This document shows, one piece after another, positions 28,959 to 38,659 of a stretch of 64,000 bases of DNA. The translations under genes and the position numbers were made by a program. Location of the stretch: contig CAIPQK010000066.1 in the NCBI GenBank assembly GCA_903867185.1, positions 217-64,216 on the forward strand, read 5' to 3'. The notes under the pieces are model-generated. The model was not told where the DNA came from and did no database searches. It was given only the letters and a program-made list of their open reading frames with translations. The DNA is from an uncultured Candidatus Nemicrothrix sp. (GTDB lineage Bacteria; Actinomycetota; Acidimicrobiia; Acidimicrobiales; Acidimicrobilacustridaceae). Each line of letters opens with the position of its first letter. Positions within the stretch are counted from its first letter, which is position 1.

Positions 28959-31367
28959 GTGGCTGATGCCATTTCCGTCGACGCCGCCATTCCCGGCGAT
29001 GCCGACAAGACCATTACCTTTTCGGCCGGCAAACTTGCCGGTCAGGCTGACGGTGCAGTGACCGTCCGCGTTGGCGACACCGTCATGCTCGTGACCGCAA
29101 CTGCGGCAAAGAGTGCACGTGAAGGTGCCGACTTCTTCCCGCTCACCGTCGATATCGAAGAGCGCATGTACGCCGCTGGTCGAATCCCCGGTTCGTTCTT
29201 CCGTCGTGAAGGCAAGTCTTCCGACCAGGCCATCCTCACCTGCCGTCTCATGGACCGCCCGTTGCGTCCGTGCTTCCCCGACGGTTTCCGTAACGAGGTC
29301 CACGTTGTTGGCACCGTGCTTGCTGCCGATCTCGTCAATCCTCACGACGTCATCGCCATTAACGGCGCATCTGCTGCGCTCAGCCTTTCCGGTATCCCGT
29401 TCGACGGCCCCATCGGCGCCGTTCGTCTTGCGTTTACCGCTGATGGGCAGTGGATCCCGCACCCCACCTACGAAGAGGGTTCGGAAAGTCAGTTTGAAAT
29501 CGTTGTTGCTGGTCGTGCGCTGAATGGCAACGACGTTGCCATCTCCATGGTCGAAGCCGGCGGCACTGAAGCTCAGTGGCCTGCAATGCAGGGCGGCGCC
29601 CCCAAGGTTGACGAAGCAGAACTTGCTCGCGGGCTCGAAGCCTCCAAGCAGTACATCCTTCAGTCGATCGCTGCGCAGAACGAACTTGTTGCCAAGGTCG
29701 GCAGCAAGCCTCCGATGCCTTACTCGGTCACTTCCGACTACACGCCGGAAGTTCTTACCGCCATGCAGGCCAAGCGCGAGCAGATCCTTGCAACGCAGGT
29801 CATCTCCGACAAGACCGCTCGCCTTGAAGCCGAAGCAGCGCTTCGCGATCAGCTTGTTGCGGAACTTGCTCCTCAGTTCGCCAGCGTCGATGGTGCCGAC
29901 AAGCAACTCAAAGCCGCGTTCCGCTCGGTCACCAAGGCTGTTGTTCGTTCACGCATCGTGAATGAAGGCGCTCGCATCGATGGTCGTGGCCCGAAGGACA
30001 TTCGTCCGCTCTCTTCCGAGGTCGGCGTCCTTCCGTCAGTGCATGGTTCGGGTCTCTTCCAGCGTGGTGAAACTCAGGTTCTCAACGTCACCACGCTTGG
30101 CATGCCTCGTATGGAGCAAATGATCGACGCTCTTGGCGATGTCACCCGCAAGCGTTACATGCACCATTACAACTTCCCGCCTTACTCCACTGGTGAAACT
30201 GGTTTCATGCGTGGACCGAAGCGTCGCGAAATCGGACACGGCATGCTCGCTGAGCGTGCACTCGTCCCCGTGCTTCCGACGCCGGAAGAGTTTGCCTACA
30301 CAATTCGTACCGTCTCCGATGTTCTTTCCTCAAACGGATCGACCTCAATGGGTTCGGTGTGTGGTTCAACACTTTCGATGATGGACGCTGGTGTTCCGCT
30401 GCGTGCACCGGTTGCGGGCATCGCAATGGGCCTCGTGTTTGCCGATGGCAAGTACACGACTCTTACTGACATCCTCGGCGCTGAAGATGCCTTCGGCGAC
30501 ATGGACTTCAAGGTTGCCGGAACCGCCGAATTCGTTACTGCTCTGCAGCTCGACACCAAGATCGAAGGCATTCCTGCCGATGTTCTTGCTCAGGCACTGC
30601 AGCAGGCGAAGGAAGCACGTCTCGCCATTCTCGAAGTTATGGCTGGAGCAATCGCCAAGCCTCGCGATGAAGTTGGCGAAACTGCGCCGAAGATCATCAG
30701 CTTCGAAATCCCGATGGACAAGATCGGTGAAGTTATTGGTCCCAAGGGCAAGGTCATCAACGCTATTCAGCAAGAGACCGGCGCCGACATCAGTGTCGAC
30801 GACGATGGCTCTGTTGGTCGCGTCAGCATCGGTTCCACCGATGGTGGTGCTGTCGCCGAGGCCGAGCGTCAGATCCGTCTCATCCTCAATCCTCCGACCG
30901 CTGAAGTTGGTCAGGTGTACCAGGGCCGTGTTGTGAACGTCACCAAGTTCGGTGCGTTCGTCAACATCCTCCCGGGTCGTGACGGTCTTCTTCACATCTC
31001 GAAGATTGGTGGCGGCAAGCGCATCGACAAGGTCGAAGATGTCCTCGACCTTGGTGACGCAGTTGAAGTTCGCGTCGACGATGTCGATCCCAACGGCAAG
31101 GTGTCACTTTCGATGGCGAGCACCCCGGTGGCAGAAGCCTCCGAAGGTGAAGCAGCCGCAACCGAAAGCGCACCTCGTGAGGCCGCACCAGCTCCGGCTG
31201 CTGCAGCTGAAGCAACCGATGGTGGCGCCGAGCGCGAGTACGTCTCATTCGAAGACGCATTCGATGCCGAAATCAGTTCGGAACTGGGCGACCTTGGTCC
31301 CGCCAGTGAAAACCGTGGTGGCGGCGACCGCAACGGTGGACGTCGAGGCGGCAACCGTCGCCGCTGA
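28959..31367 (+). CDS. pnp: polyribonucleotide nucleotidyltransferase (PNPase) with Arg/Gly-rich C-terminal tail
   Basis: GTG start after aaaggaga. FPLTVDIEERMYAAGRIPGSFFRREG, GSTSMGSVCGSTLSMMDAGVP, KH KIGEVIGPKGKVINAI, S1 GRVVNVTKFGAFVNILPGRDGLLHISK, tail ...NRGGGDRNGGRRGGNRRR. Confidence 0.95.
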   Translation: MADAISVDAAIPGDADKTITFSAGKLAGQADGAVTVRVGDTVMLVTATAAKSAREGADFFPLTVDIEERMYAAGRIPGSFFRREGKSSDQAILTCRLMDRPLRPCFPDGFRNEVHVVGTVLAADLVNPHDVIAINGASAALSLSGIPFDGPIGAVRLAFTADGQWIPHPTYEEGSESQFEIVVAGRALNGNDVAISMVEAGGTEAQWPAMQGGAPKVDEAELARGLEASKQYILQSIAAQNELVAKVGSKPPMPYSVTSDYTPEVLTAMQAKREQILATQVISDKTARLEAEAALRDQLVAELAPQFASVDGADKQLKAAFRSVTKAVVRSRIVNEGARIDGRGPKDIRPLSSEVGVLPSVHGSGLFQRGETQVLNVTTLGMPRMEQMIDALGDVTRKRYMHHYNFPPYSTGETGFMRGPKRREIGHGMLAERALVPVLPTPEEFAYTIRTVSDVLSSNGSTSMGSVCGSTLSMMDAGVPLRAPVAGIAMGLVFADGKYTTLTDILGAEDAFGDMDFKVAGTAEFVTALQLDTKIEGIPADVLAQALQQAKEARLAILEVMAGAIAKPRDEVGETAPKIISFEIPMDKIGEVIGPKGKVINAIQQETGADISVDDDGSVGRVSIGSTDGGAVAEAERQIRLILNPPTAEVGQVYQGRVVNVTKFGAFVNILPGRDGLLHISKIGGGKRIDKVEDVLDLGDAVEVRVDDVDPNGKVSLSMASTPVAEASEGEAAATESAPREAAPAPAAAAEATDGGAEREYVSFEDAFDAEISSELGDLGPASENRGGGDRNGGRRGGNRRR

Positions 31368-31380
31368 GTCCGTTTCCGCC

Positions 31381-32655
31381 GTGTCGGTGAACGACACGGA
31401 AATCGAACGATCCGAGCTGGCCTCGGGTGTGCGTGTCATCACTGAACGCATGCCTGAGGCCCGTTCGGTATCTGTCGGTATGTGGTTTGCCGTTGGTTCG
31501 CGTGATGAGCCAGCGTCTATTGCTGGCGCATCTCATTTCCTCGAGCACTTGTTGTTTAAGGGCACAGAAGAGCGTTCGGCGCGATCGATTGCGACCGCAG
31601 TCGATGCCGTGGGCGGCGAAATGAACGCCTACACAAGTCGCGAGCACACGGCGTATTACTTGCGCCTTCCTGTGAGTGAACTTGAAGCTGGCGTCGAGTT
31701 GCTCGCCGATGTGGTGAGTGAGCCAGCATTCCGTCCGGCAGAACTCGATGCTGAACGCGAAGTCATTATCGAAGAACTCCTCATGAGTGAAGACACTCCC
31801 GATGATCTTGTGCTGACGGCTCTCTACGAAAGCCTTTACCCGGAGCATCCGCTTGGTCGTGAAACACTCGGTGATCACGACACCGTGGCCGCAATGACGC
31901 GTGATGACGTCTCGGCGTTCCATGCCCAGTGGTATCGGCCATCAAATCTTGTTGTCGCTGCCGCAGGCGCGCTTGAACATCAACAGGTGGTTGATGCTCT
32001 TGGTCCATTGTTTGCCGGTGTCGACCGCGGCGATGCCCCGGTTCGCGAAACACCCAAAGCTCATCTGCAATCACTTGTGCAGATCGATCGGCCAATCGAA
32101 CAGGTACACGTCGCCATCGGTTGGCGGGGCCTTCCCCTTGCCGATGACGATCGCTATGCAATGTGGGTGGCCAATCACGTCCTCGGTGGCGGAATGTCGA
32201 GCCGACTTTTTCAAGAGATCCGTGAATCACGCGGTTTGGCCTATTCGGTGTTCTCTTCGCCATCGTCCTATTCCGATGCCGGGTCACTGATCGTCTATGC
32301 CGGTACGGCACTGGCTCGGCTCGAGGAACTCCTTTCGGTGACCGATGAAGTGCTCGCTGCGTTCCTTGCCGATGGCATTACCGACGAAGAGCACGCTATT
32401 GCGCTCGGCTACCTCGAAGGCTCGATGTTGCTTGGTCTTGAAGACAGCGGATCTCGCATGTCGCGTCTGGGCACTGGGCTTGTGACTCGCAATGACATCA
32501 CCTCGATCGACGAACACGTTCGCCGGATTCGAGCGGTGACCACCGACGAAGTCCATTCAGTCATCGGCCGGGTGCTTGGTTCCCCACGCGCCGTCGCGGC
32601 GGTTGGGCCCCTCGGAGATGGATCTGCCGCGCTTGAACGGTTCGCCTGCGGCTAG
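31381..32655 (+). CDS. M16 (pitrilysin-family) zinc peptidase
   Basis: Inverted zinc motif GASHFLEHLLFKGT. There is no ATG after the pnp stop, so GTG 31381 or 31387 is chosen. Conserved position after pnp in actinobacteria. Confidence 0.85.
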   Translation: MSVNDTEIERSELASGVRVITERMPEARSVSVGMWFAVGSRDEPASIAGASHFLEHLLFKGTEERSARSIATAVDAVGGEMNAYTSREHTAYYLRLPVSELEAGVELLADVVSEPAFRPAELDAEREVIIEELLMSEDTPDDLVLTALYESLYPEHPLGRETLGDHDTVAAMTRDDVSAFHAQWYRPSNLVVAAAGALEHQQVVDALGPLFAGVDRGDAPVRETPKAHLQSLVQIDRPIEQVHVAIGWRGLPLADDDRYAMWVANHVLGGGMSSRLFQEIRESRGLAYSVFSSPSSYSDAGSLIVYAGTALARLEELLSVTDEVLAAFLADGITDEEHAIALGYLEGSMLLGLEDSGSRMSRLGTGLVTRNDITSIDEHVRRIRAVTTDEVHSVIGRVLGSPRAVAAVGPLGDGSAALERFACG

Positions 32656-32664
32656 TTTCGGCTC

Positions 32665-33453
32665 ATGACGTTGCGAGTCGGAGTCTTCGGTGCTGGTGGA
32701 AAAATGGGAAGCACGGTATGCCGTGCGGTCGATAGCGACCCCGGACTCGAGCTTGTGGCTGCGGTAGACCCACAGCATGCGGGCCTTGACCTGCGCCAGG
32801 TCACCGGTTGCGAACAGTCGTTCCAGGTTGCTGCCGATGGTCAGGCGTTCCTCGATGCCAAGGTCGACGTCGTTGTCGATTTCACCCACCTTGAAGCAGC
32901 TCGGTCGAATCTTCTGTGGCTTGCTGAACATGGCATTCATGCGGTGACGGGAACCACGGGGTTCTCCGATGCCGACCTTGAGTCGTTTCGGAATACCTTC
33001 AAGAACTCCAACTGCGTGATCGCTCCGAACTTTGCCATCGGGGCAGTTCTCATGATGCGCTTCGCAGAAATCGCAGCGCCGTTTTTCGAAACCGCCGAGA
33101 TTGTTGAACTTCACCACGATGCAAAACTTGATGCACCGTCGGGAACGGCGATGTTGACGGCCGAACGCATGGCTGCTGCGTCAGCCGACTGGGCAGCCGA
33201 TCCCACCAAGACCGAGATTCTTCCAGGTGCGCGTGGCGGTAAAGGTCCGGCCGACATTCGCGTGCATTCGCTCCGCTTGCGCGGAATGGTCGCTCACCAA
33301 GAAGTCATCCTTGGCACGACAGGTCAGACCCTCACCCTGAGGCACGACTCTTACGACCGCGATTCCTTTATGCCGGGCGTGCTTTTGTCAGTGAAGGCAG
33401 TTCCTAATCGCGCCGGTGTAACCATCGGGCTCGACGCACTGCTTGATCTTTAA
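32665..33453 (+). CDS. dapB: 4-hydroxy-tetrahydrodipicolinate reductase
   Basis: RVGVFGAGGKMG and ELHHDAKLDAPSGTA. Confidence 0.95.
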   Translation: MTLRVGVFGAGGKMGSTVCRAVDSDPGLELVAAVDPQHAGLDLRQVTGCEQSFQVAADGQAFLDAKVDVVVDFTHLEAARSNLLWLAEHGIHAVTGTTGFSDADLESFRNTFKNSNCVIAPNFAIGAVLMMRFAEIAAPFFETAEIVELHHDAKLDAPSGTAMLTAERMAAASADWAADPTKTEILPGARGGKGPADIRVHSLRLRGMVAHQEVILGTTGQTLTLRHDSYDRDSFMPGVLLSVKAVPNRAGVTIGLDALLDL

Positions 33454-33465
33454 ATCGTTCCCGAG

Positions 33466-34254
33466 TTAGTCGTCGATGGTGCTGTCGTCGATGTCGGAAG
33501 CAGACGATGTGAGGCCGAGTTCAATGTCATCGGCGGCGTCCTCAAGTTCGCGGAACGCTTCCACTTCTTTACTGCCGCGTCGCAATTCGCCGATCCAAAA
33601 AATCGCCACAAGCCCGATCGATAGCACGAGCAGTGGAATTCGCCATTGAGCGATAAATCCCAAAAGTGAATCGATGGGTCCGGCAAAGACGTCACCGATA
33701 ATTTGCAGCATGAATAAACGGCCGATGGTGCCGATGATGTTCAGTAGTGCGAACTTCACTGGGCGCATCCTCGCTGCGCCGGCAACAAGACACACGTAGT
33801 TGTTGGGGAACAGCACAACAAGTGGCGCGCCCCATTTGCCAAACCATCCCTCGACCGAGTGCATGTATCGGCCGGCAGTGGGCGTGCGCTTTTCCATCCA
33901 TCGCAGCGCGGCGGCACCGTAGAACCAACCAATCGCATAGAAAAATGGGTCGGGAAGCAGAAGTCGGATGGTGCCGATGAGGTAGTACGCCCACAGTTCG
34001 ACGTGATTGACGACAAGGACCAGGTATCGGTTCTTGGCGCTCAAGGAAATGAGCAAGAGGGGTTTGTTCGTGACGAGATCGGGCCAGAGGGCGTCTGCGG
34101 TATACCCAGCAACGATCATCGCCACGATCGGCACGATGAGAAGTGTGAGATGGCGGCGCCCGGGATGGGCGGAAGGAGATTCTGCTTCGGCTGACAAGGC
34201 CCTGATCCTCTCACGTACCATTCGCCCAGACGCAGGCGGCCGGTGGGTGGCCAA
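33466..34254 (-). CDS. VTT/DedA-superfamily integral membrane protein (putative)
   Basis: Multi-pass hydrophobic protein. LLPDPFFYAIGWFYGAAAL and VLFPNNYVCLVAGAARMRPVKFALLNIIG resemble the two re-entrant VTT/DedA motifs; acidic C-terminal tail. Start uncertain (34254 or 34221). Confidence 0.55.
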   Translation of the reverse strand: MATHRPPASGRMVRERIRALSAEAESPSAHPGRRHLTLLIVPIVAMIVAGYTADALWPDLVTNKPLLLISLSAKNRYLVLVVNHVELWAYYLIGTIRLLLPDPFFYAIGWFYGAAALRWMEKRTPTAGRYMHSVEGWFGKWGAPLVVLFPNNYVCLVAGAARMRPVKFALLNIIGTIGRLFMLQIIGDVFAGPIDSLLGFIAQWRIPLLVLSIGLVAIFWIGELRRGSKEVEAFRELEDAADDIELGLTSSASDIDDSTIDD

Positions 34255-34271
34255 AAAAGGGGGAGTCAGAA

Positions 34272-35900
34272 ATGAAAGGTCTCATGCAGGACGGCCCGCT
34301 CGTCCTCACGAATTTGTTTGACCGAGCTGAGAAGTTGTTCCCCGAGAAAGAAATAGTCACCGCCACTGCGACTGGAACTGAGCGGGTGACGTATGGCGAG
34401 TGGGCAGAGCGCACGCGCCGACTTGGTGGCGTCCTCAACGACTTGGGGATTAGTGCTGATGGTCGTGTTGCGACGTTTGCGTGGAATACCGCACGACACC
34501 TCGAGTTGTACTTCGCTGCACCCTGTTCGGGCCGTGTTCTCCACACGCTGAATATTCGGCTGTTCCCTGAACAAATCACCTACATCGTCAACCATGCTGA
34601 AGACGAAGTGATCTTCGTTGACAAATCGCTCCTCGGCCTTCTTTGGCCGCTTGTCGACACATTCACCACGGTGCGTCACATCGTTGTGATGGACGATGGA
34701 AAAGGAGAACTTCCAAGCGAGACCGGTGGTCGTCTTCTCCATGATTACGAAGCGTTGCTCGCATCAGCGAGTCCGGTGGAATGGAATGTCACCGACGAAA
34801 ATCAAGCCGCATCGATGTGTTACACCAGCGGCACTACCGGCAATCCGAAAGGTGTCGTGTACTCGCATCGTTCGACCTGGCTGCACACGATGGCTGCGAT
34901 GATGTCCGATGGTCTTGGTACCTGCGAGCGCGACACGATCCTCCCCGTCGTTCCGATGTTCCATGCCAATGCGTGGGGCCTTGCGCATGTCGGCGTGGCT
35001 TCGGGTGCCAACTTGGTCATGCCTGGCCCAGATCTTTCGCCAAAAGCAATCGTCAACCTCATAGAGGCCGAACGAGTCACGATCGCTGCAGGTGTGCCCA
35101 CGATTTGGATGGGTGTTCTCAACGAAATCGATGGTCGGGATGTCACGAGCCTTCGGAGTATTCCGTGTGGAGGTTCGGCCGTCCCCAAGCATTTGTCTGA
35201 GGCCTATCGCGAGAAGATTGGTATTCCGATTCTGCAGGCGTGGGGAATGACCGAGACCAGCCCGCTGGCTTCGGCGGCCAAGGTGAAGTCATCCATGCTT
35301 TCACTGTCAGACGACGAACAAGCCGACTACCGAGCATCAATTGGGCTGCCAGCGTTCGGAGTTCAGGCTCGCATTGCCGATCAAGAAACTGGCGAAGAAC
35401 TCCCATGGGATGGGGAAACCAGTGGAGAACTCCAAGTTGCCGGCCCGTGGATTGCCAAGGAGTACTACAACGACCCACGTTCTCCCGAGTCGTTCACTGC
35501 CGACGGTTGGTTGAAGACCGGCGATGTCGCCACGATCGATCGTCAAGGTTTTATGCACATCGTCGATCGAACGAAGGATGTTGTGAAGTCGGGTGGCGAA
35601 TGGATCTCGTCAGTCGAACTCGAGAACGAAATCATGGCTCACCCATCGATCGCTGAAGCAGCGGTGATCGGCGTGAAGCACCCGAAGTGGTCCGAGCGGC
35701 CGTTGGCCTGTGTCGTACTGAAGCCGGGGGAAACTCTGACGCGTGAGGACGTTCTTGCGTTCCTCGATGGCCGAGTAGCGAAGTGGTGGCTTCCCGATGA
35801 CGTGGTGTTCATCGATGAGGTTCCGAAAACCTCGGTTGGAAAGTTCTCGAAGCGCGATCTCCGGGAACAATTCGCTGGCTACGTGCTTCCTACGGCATAA
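34272..35900 (+). CDS. AMP-dependent acyl-CoA synthetase (fatty-acid-CoA ligase)
   Basis: RBS gggggag. AMP-binding motif YTSGTTGNPKGV, GWLKTGD, and C-terminal GKFSKRDLR. Confidence 0.9.
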   Translation: MKGLMQDGPLVLTNLFDRAEKLFPEKEIVTATATGTERVTYGEWAERTRRLGGVLNDLGISADGRVATFAWNTARHLELYFAAPCSGRVLHTLNIRLFPEQITYIVNHAEDEVIFVDKSLLGLLWPLVDTFTTVRHIVVMDDGKGELPSETGGRLLHDYEALLASASPVEWNVTDENQAASMCYTSGTTGNPKGVVYSHRSTWLHTMAAMMSDGLGTCERDTILPVVPMFHANAWGLAHVGVASGANLVMPGPDLSPKAIVNLIEAERVTIAAGVPTIWMGVLNEIDGRDVTSLRSIPCGGSAVPKHLSEAYREKIGIPILQAWGMTETSPLASAAKVKSSMLSLSDDEQADYRASIGLPAFGVQARIADQETGEELPWDGETSGELQVAGPWIAKEYYNDPRSPESFTADGWLKTGDVATIDRQGFMHIVDRTKDVVKSGGEWISSVELENEIMAHPSIAEAAVIGVKHPKWSERPLACVVLKPGETLTREDVLAFLDGRVAKWWLPDDVVFIDEVPKTSVGKFSKRDLREQFAGYVLPTA

Positions 35901-35951
35901 CCGACTGGCCCGATTCCTGAGCGCCGGTGTCGCAGGCCTAGCCTGAACGAC

Positions 35952-36788
35952 GTGTACCGGTTCTTGCTCAAGCCTCGTTGGATCCTTTCCCATTTGTTTG
36001 TTCTCGTTGCCGTAGTGACGATGATCAATCTTGGGTTTTGGCAGCTCAATCGCCTCGACGAACGGAAAACTGCGAACGCTGTCGTAACGAACGCAATGAA
36101 GCAACAACCACAACCATTGACCACGGTGTTGCCCGAAGGAACTGCAACAACAACAGAACAGGTGAAGGCGGCTGACTATCAGCCGGTCTACGTCACCGGC
36201 ACATATCGAGCCGATGAGCAAGTGCTTGTCACGAATCGCACGAACAACGGCTCACCCGGCTACTGGGTAGTCACCCCATTAGTTCTTGCCGATGGAACAG
36301 CGGTTGCCATTAATCGCGGTTGGGTGCCCTATTCGTATTCAGAAGAAGGCCCATGGGATGACTTCGCTCCGCCGAAGGGCACGGTGACCGTCCAAGGCCT
36401 GTTGCGTCAGTCGCAAGTTCGAGAAACGAATGGGCTGGTTTCTTCGCCGAAAGATTCCGATGTTGGAACGTTGCGAGTACTCGCGCGACTCGATGTAGGA
36501 AGACTTGCTCAACAAACCAGCGAGCGGATGATCCCTGGCTACATCTCCTTGCGTGCTCAGGACCCTGCGCAGAATGACCTTCCGGTACCCGTTCCGCTCC
36601 CTGAGCTTTCGCAAGGTCCGCACCTTGGCTACGCCATTCAATGGTTTGCTTTTTCGCTGTTGACGATCATCGTCTACCCACTGCTGTTGCGTCGATACGC
36701 CAAGCGCAAGCAGATGGATGGCGACGATGCCGAGATCCTCGATGGAGAACCTGCAACGCCGGAGTCAGATTTTCCCGTCTCTTCCTAG
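35952..36788 (+). CDS. SURF1 family cytochrome oxidase assembly protein
   Basis: GTG start. HLFVLVAVVTMINLGFWQLNRL and C-terminal HLGYAIQWFAFS. Confidence 0.85.
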   Translation: MYRFLLKPRWILSHLFVLVAVVTMINLGFWQLNRLDERKTANAVVTNAMKQQPQPLTTVLPEGTATTTEQVKAADYQPVYVTGTYRADEQVLVTNRTNNGSPGYWVVTPLVLADGTAVAINRGWVPYSYSEEGPWDDFAPPKGTVTVQGLLRQSQVRETNGLVSSPKDSDVGTLRVLARLDVGRLAQQTSERMIPGYISLRAQDPAQNDLPVPVPLPELSQGPHLGYAIQWFAFSLLTIIVYPLLLRRYAKRKQMDGDDAEILDGEPATPESDFPVSS

Positions 36789-36801
36789 GGAAACGCCCAA
36801 T

Positions 36802-36838
36802 CCGACAGTGAGACAGATGATTCGTTATTGTCTCACCC
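36802..36838 (+). promoter_or_regulatory. putative promoter plus operator palindrome for a leaderless TetR transcript
   Basis: -35-like ccgaca (36802-36807) and -10 tattgt (36826-36831, TANNNT) lying 7 nt before ATG 36839, with no SD. Perfect 8-bp inverted repeat gtgagaca (36808-36815) / tgtctcac (36829-36836) brackets the spacer and -10. Confidence 0.45.
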
Positions 36839-37471
36839 ATGTCCACGGCAGCGGTTGCTTCGCCGAAACTCGCACTGGCGGTTCCCGAGAGAATTGTCGC
36901 GGCTGCTGCCGAACTCATCACCTCGCAAGGACTTCGGGGCACAAGCGTCGATGACATTGCTTCTGCCGCAGGTTGTGGCCGGGCGACTGTGTATCGCTAC
37001 TTCCCGGGCGGTCGCGCAGAACTTCTTGAGGTCACCCTGGGCGAGGGAGTCGACCGCATTTTTGCCTTGTGCGCTCAAGTGACTGATCACGCAGGATCTC
37101 TGGCCGAGGCCGTCGCCGGCACGATCAACATTGCGGTGCTTGAGCTTTCGAACGACGCAGTTGTGCAGCAGTTGTTAGTCGACGAACCCGACACAATTGC
37201 GACGCTCATTTCGCCAATGCGTATCGAGCCCTTGTTCGAGCGCGCGTCAGAGTGGGGCGCAGAACATTTCTCCCGTTTCCTCGAGCCAGCTATTGCAGCG
37301 CATGTTGGCGAATGGTGCGTGCGGGTTGTTACCGATCACCTGCGGTCCCCAGCACCGATCATCGACATCACTGATCTATCGGTTGCCCGCAAGCTTGTTG
37401 ACACGTTTCTTATTCCAACCTTGATCCCCGGAACGTTCGTGGATCACTTAACAACGACTCGAAATGACTGA
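36839..37471 (+). CDS. TetR family transcriptional regulator
   Basis: N-terminal HTH TSVDDIASAAGCGRATVYRYF; about 210 aa. Confidence 0.88.
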   Translation: MSTAAVASPKLALAVPERIVAAAAELITSQGLRGTSVDDIASAAGCGRATVYRYFPGGRAELLEVTLGEGVDRIFALCAQVTDHAGSLAEAVAGTINIAVLELSNDAVVQQLLVDEPDTIATLISPMRIEPLFERASEWGAEHFSRFLEPAIAAHVGEWCVRVVTDHLRSPAPIIDITDLSVARKLVDTFLIPTLIPGTFVDHLTTTRND

Positions 37472-37483
37472 GAAGGAGACATC

Positions 37484-38602
37484 ATGACCAGTACCGAAGG
37501 CATCATCGGCCGCGCCGATATCAATGACATCGAACAGATCCTCATGATCTCAAACACTGATGTCGATGCGGCGATCCATGCGGTGAAAGACAACGCCGAC
37601 GCGATCTTCACATGGGATTACGAAAAAGGTTCGCGACCAGCGCTGAACAAGCTCTACGAGAAGGCAAAGAATTCGCAGTGGAACGGCGAAACTGATCTCG
37701 ACTGGTCGATCAACGTCGATCAAGAGGCAGTTGTCGTCGCCAATATGGCGGCGAATAGTCGCGGTGCAGGCCTTGATGTCTCTGGTACGTGTTTTGAGAA
37801 GTGGGGCGACAAGGAATGGACAGAACTCGGCATTCAGTCTCAGAACTGGACACTTAGTCAGTTCATGCATGGCGAGCAGGGTGCTCTTCTTTGTACGGCA
37901 AAAATCGTCGAGACCGTCCCGTGGATCGATGCCAAGTACTACGCCTCCACGCAGGTCATGGACGAAGCTCGTCACGTTGAGGTTTTCGCCAAGTACCTCA
38001 ATGAGAAGCTGTCAGGCCATTACCCGGTGAATGCACATCTCAAGATGCTGCTCGACGACATTGTCACCGACAGTCGTTGGGACATGACCTACCTCGGAAT
38101 GCAGATCATGGTCGAAGGTCTCGCTCTTGCGGCCTTTGGATTCATGCATCAAATGACAACTGAGCCGCTTCTCAAACAACTTCTTCGGTACGTGATGAGC
38201 GATGAAGCCCGTCACGTTGCATTCGGCGTGTTGTCGCTCAAGGAGTACTACCAAGAACTCACGCAGGACGAAATTCGTGAACGTCAGGAGTTTGCCTTCG
38301 AAGCGGCCGTGCGTATGCGCGATCGATTCCTCCAGCAGGAAGTCTGGGATCGCATGGGCGTTCCAGTGAAGGAAGCCGTCAACGTTGTGATGCACGATCC
38401 AGGTCAGATTCTCTTCCAGCAGATGCTTTTCGCCAAGATCGTTCCGAACTGCAAGAAGCTCGGTTTGCTCGACGCGGGCGACGGTTGGTTGCGCACCAAG
38501 TTCACCGAACTCGGTGTGATCGACTTCGAACACATGCCCGATACCGAAGAGGAATACGAGACCTTTGCCCTCGCCGACGGCGAAGTTGCTGGGGTTCGCT
38601 GA
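37484..38602 (+). CDS. ferritin-like di-iron carboxylate protein (putative oxygenase/oxidase), substrate unknown
   Basis: RBS gaaggaga. Four-helix ligand pattern MHGEQGA / MDEARHVEVF / MVEGLALA / MSDEARHVAFG (E, ExxH, E, ExxH). Starts 12 nt after the TetR stop. Confidence 0.7.
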   Translation: MTSTEGIIGRADINDIEQILMISNTDVDAAIHAVKDNADAIFTWDYEKGSRPALNKLYEKAKNSQWNGETDLDWSINVDQEAVVVANMAANSRGAGLDVSGTCFEKWGDKEWTELGIQSQNWTLSQFMHGEQGALLCTAKIVETVPWIDAKYYASTQVMDEARHVEVFAKYLNEKLSGHYPVNAHLKMLLDDIVTDSRWDMTYLGMQIMVEGLALAAFGFMHQMTTEPLLKQLLRYVMSDEARHVAFGVLSLKEYYQELTQDEIRERQEFAFEAAVRMRDRFLQQEVWDRMGVPVKEAVNVVMHDPGQILFQQMLFAKIVPNCKKLGLLDAGDGWLRTKFTELGVIDFEHMPDTEEEYETFALADGEVAGVR

Positions 38603-38618
38603 GACAGACCGACCGTTT

Positions 38619-38646
38619 CCCGCCGAATCCGTCCGGGTTCGGCGGG
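38619..38646 (+). terminator. GC-rich hairpin after the di-iron gene
   Basis: cccgccgaa (38619-38627), 10-nt loop, ttcggcggg (38638-38646). No clear T tract. Confidence 0.45.
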
Positions 38647-38659
38647 GTGCGCTGGTACG

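Noticed and set aside
28887-29906. A 339-aa minus-strand ORF antisense to pnp.
   Set aside because: It is a shadow frame of a clearly real gene, with no motifs, no RBS and no start context.
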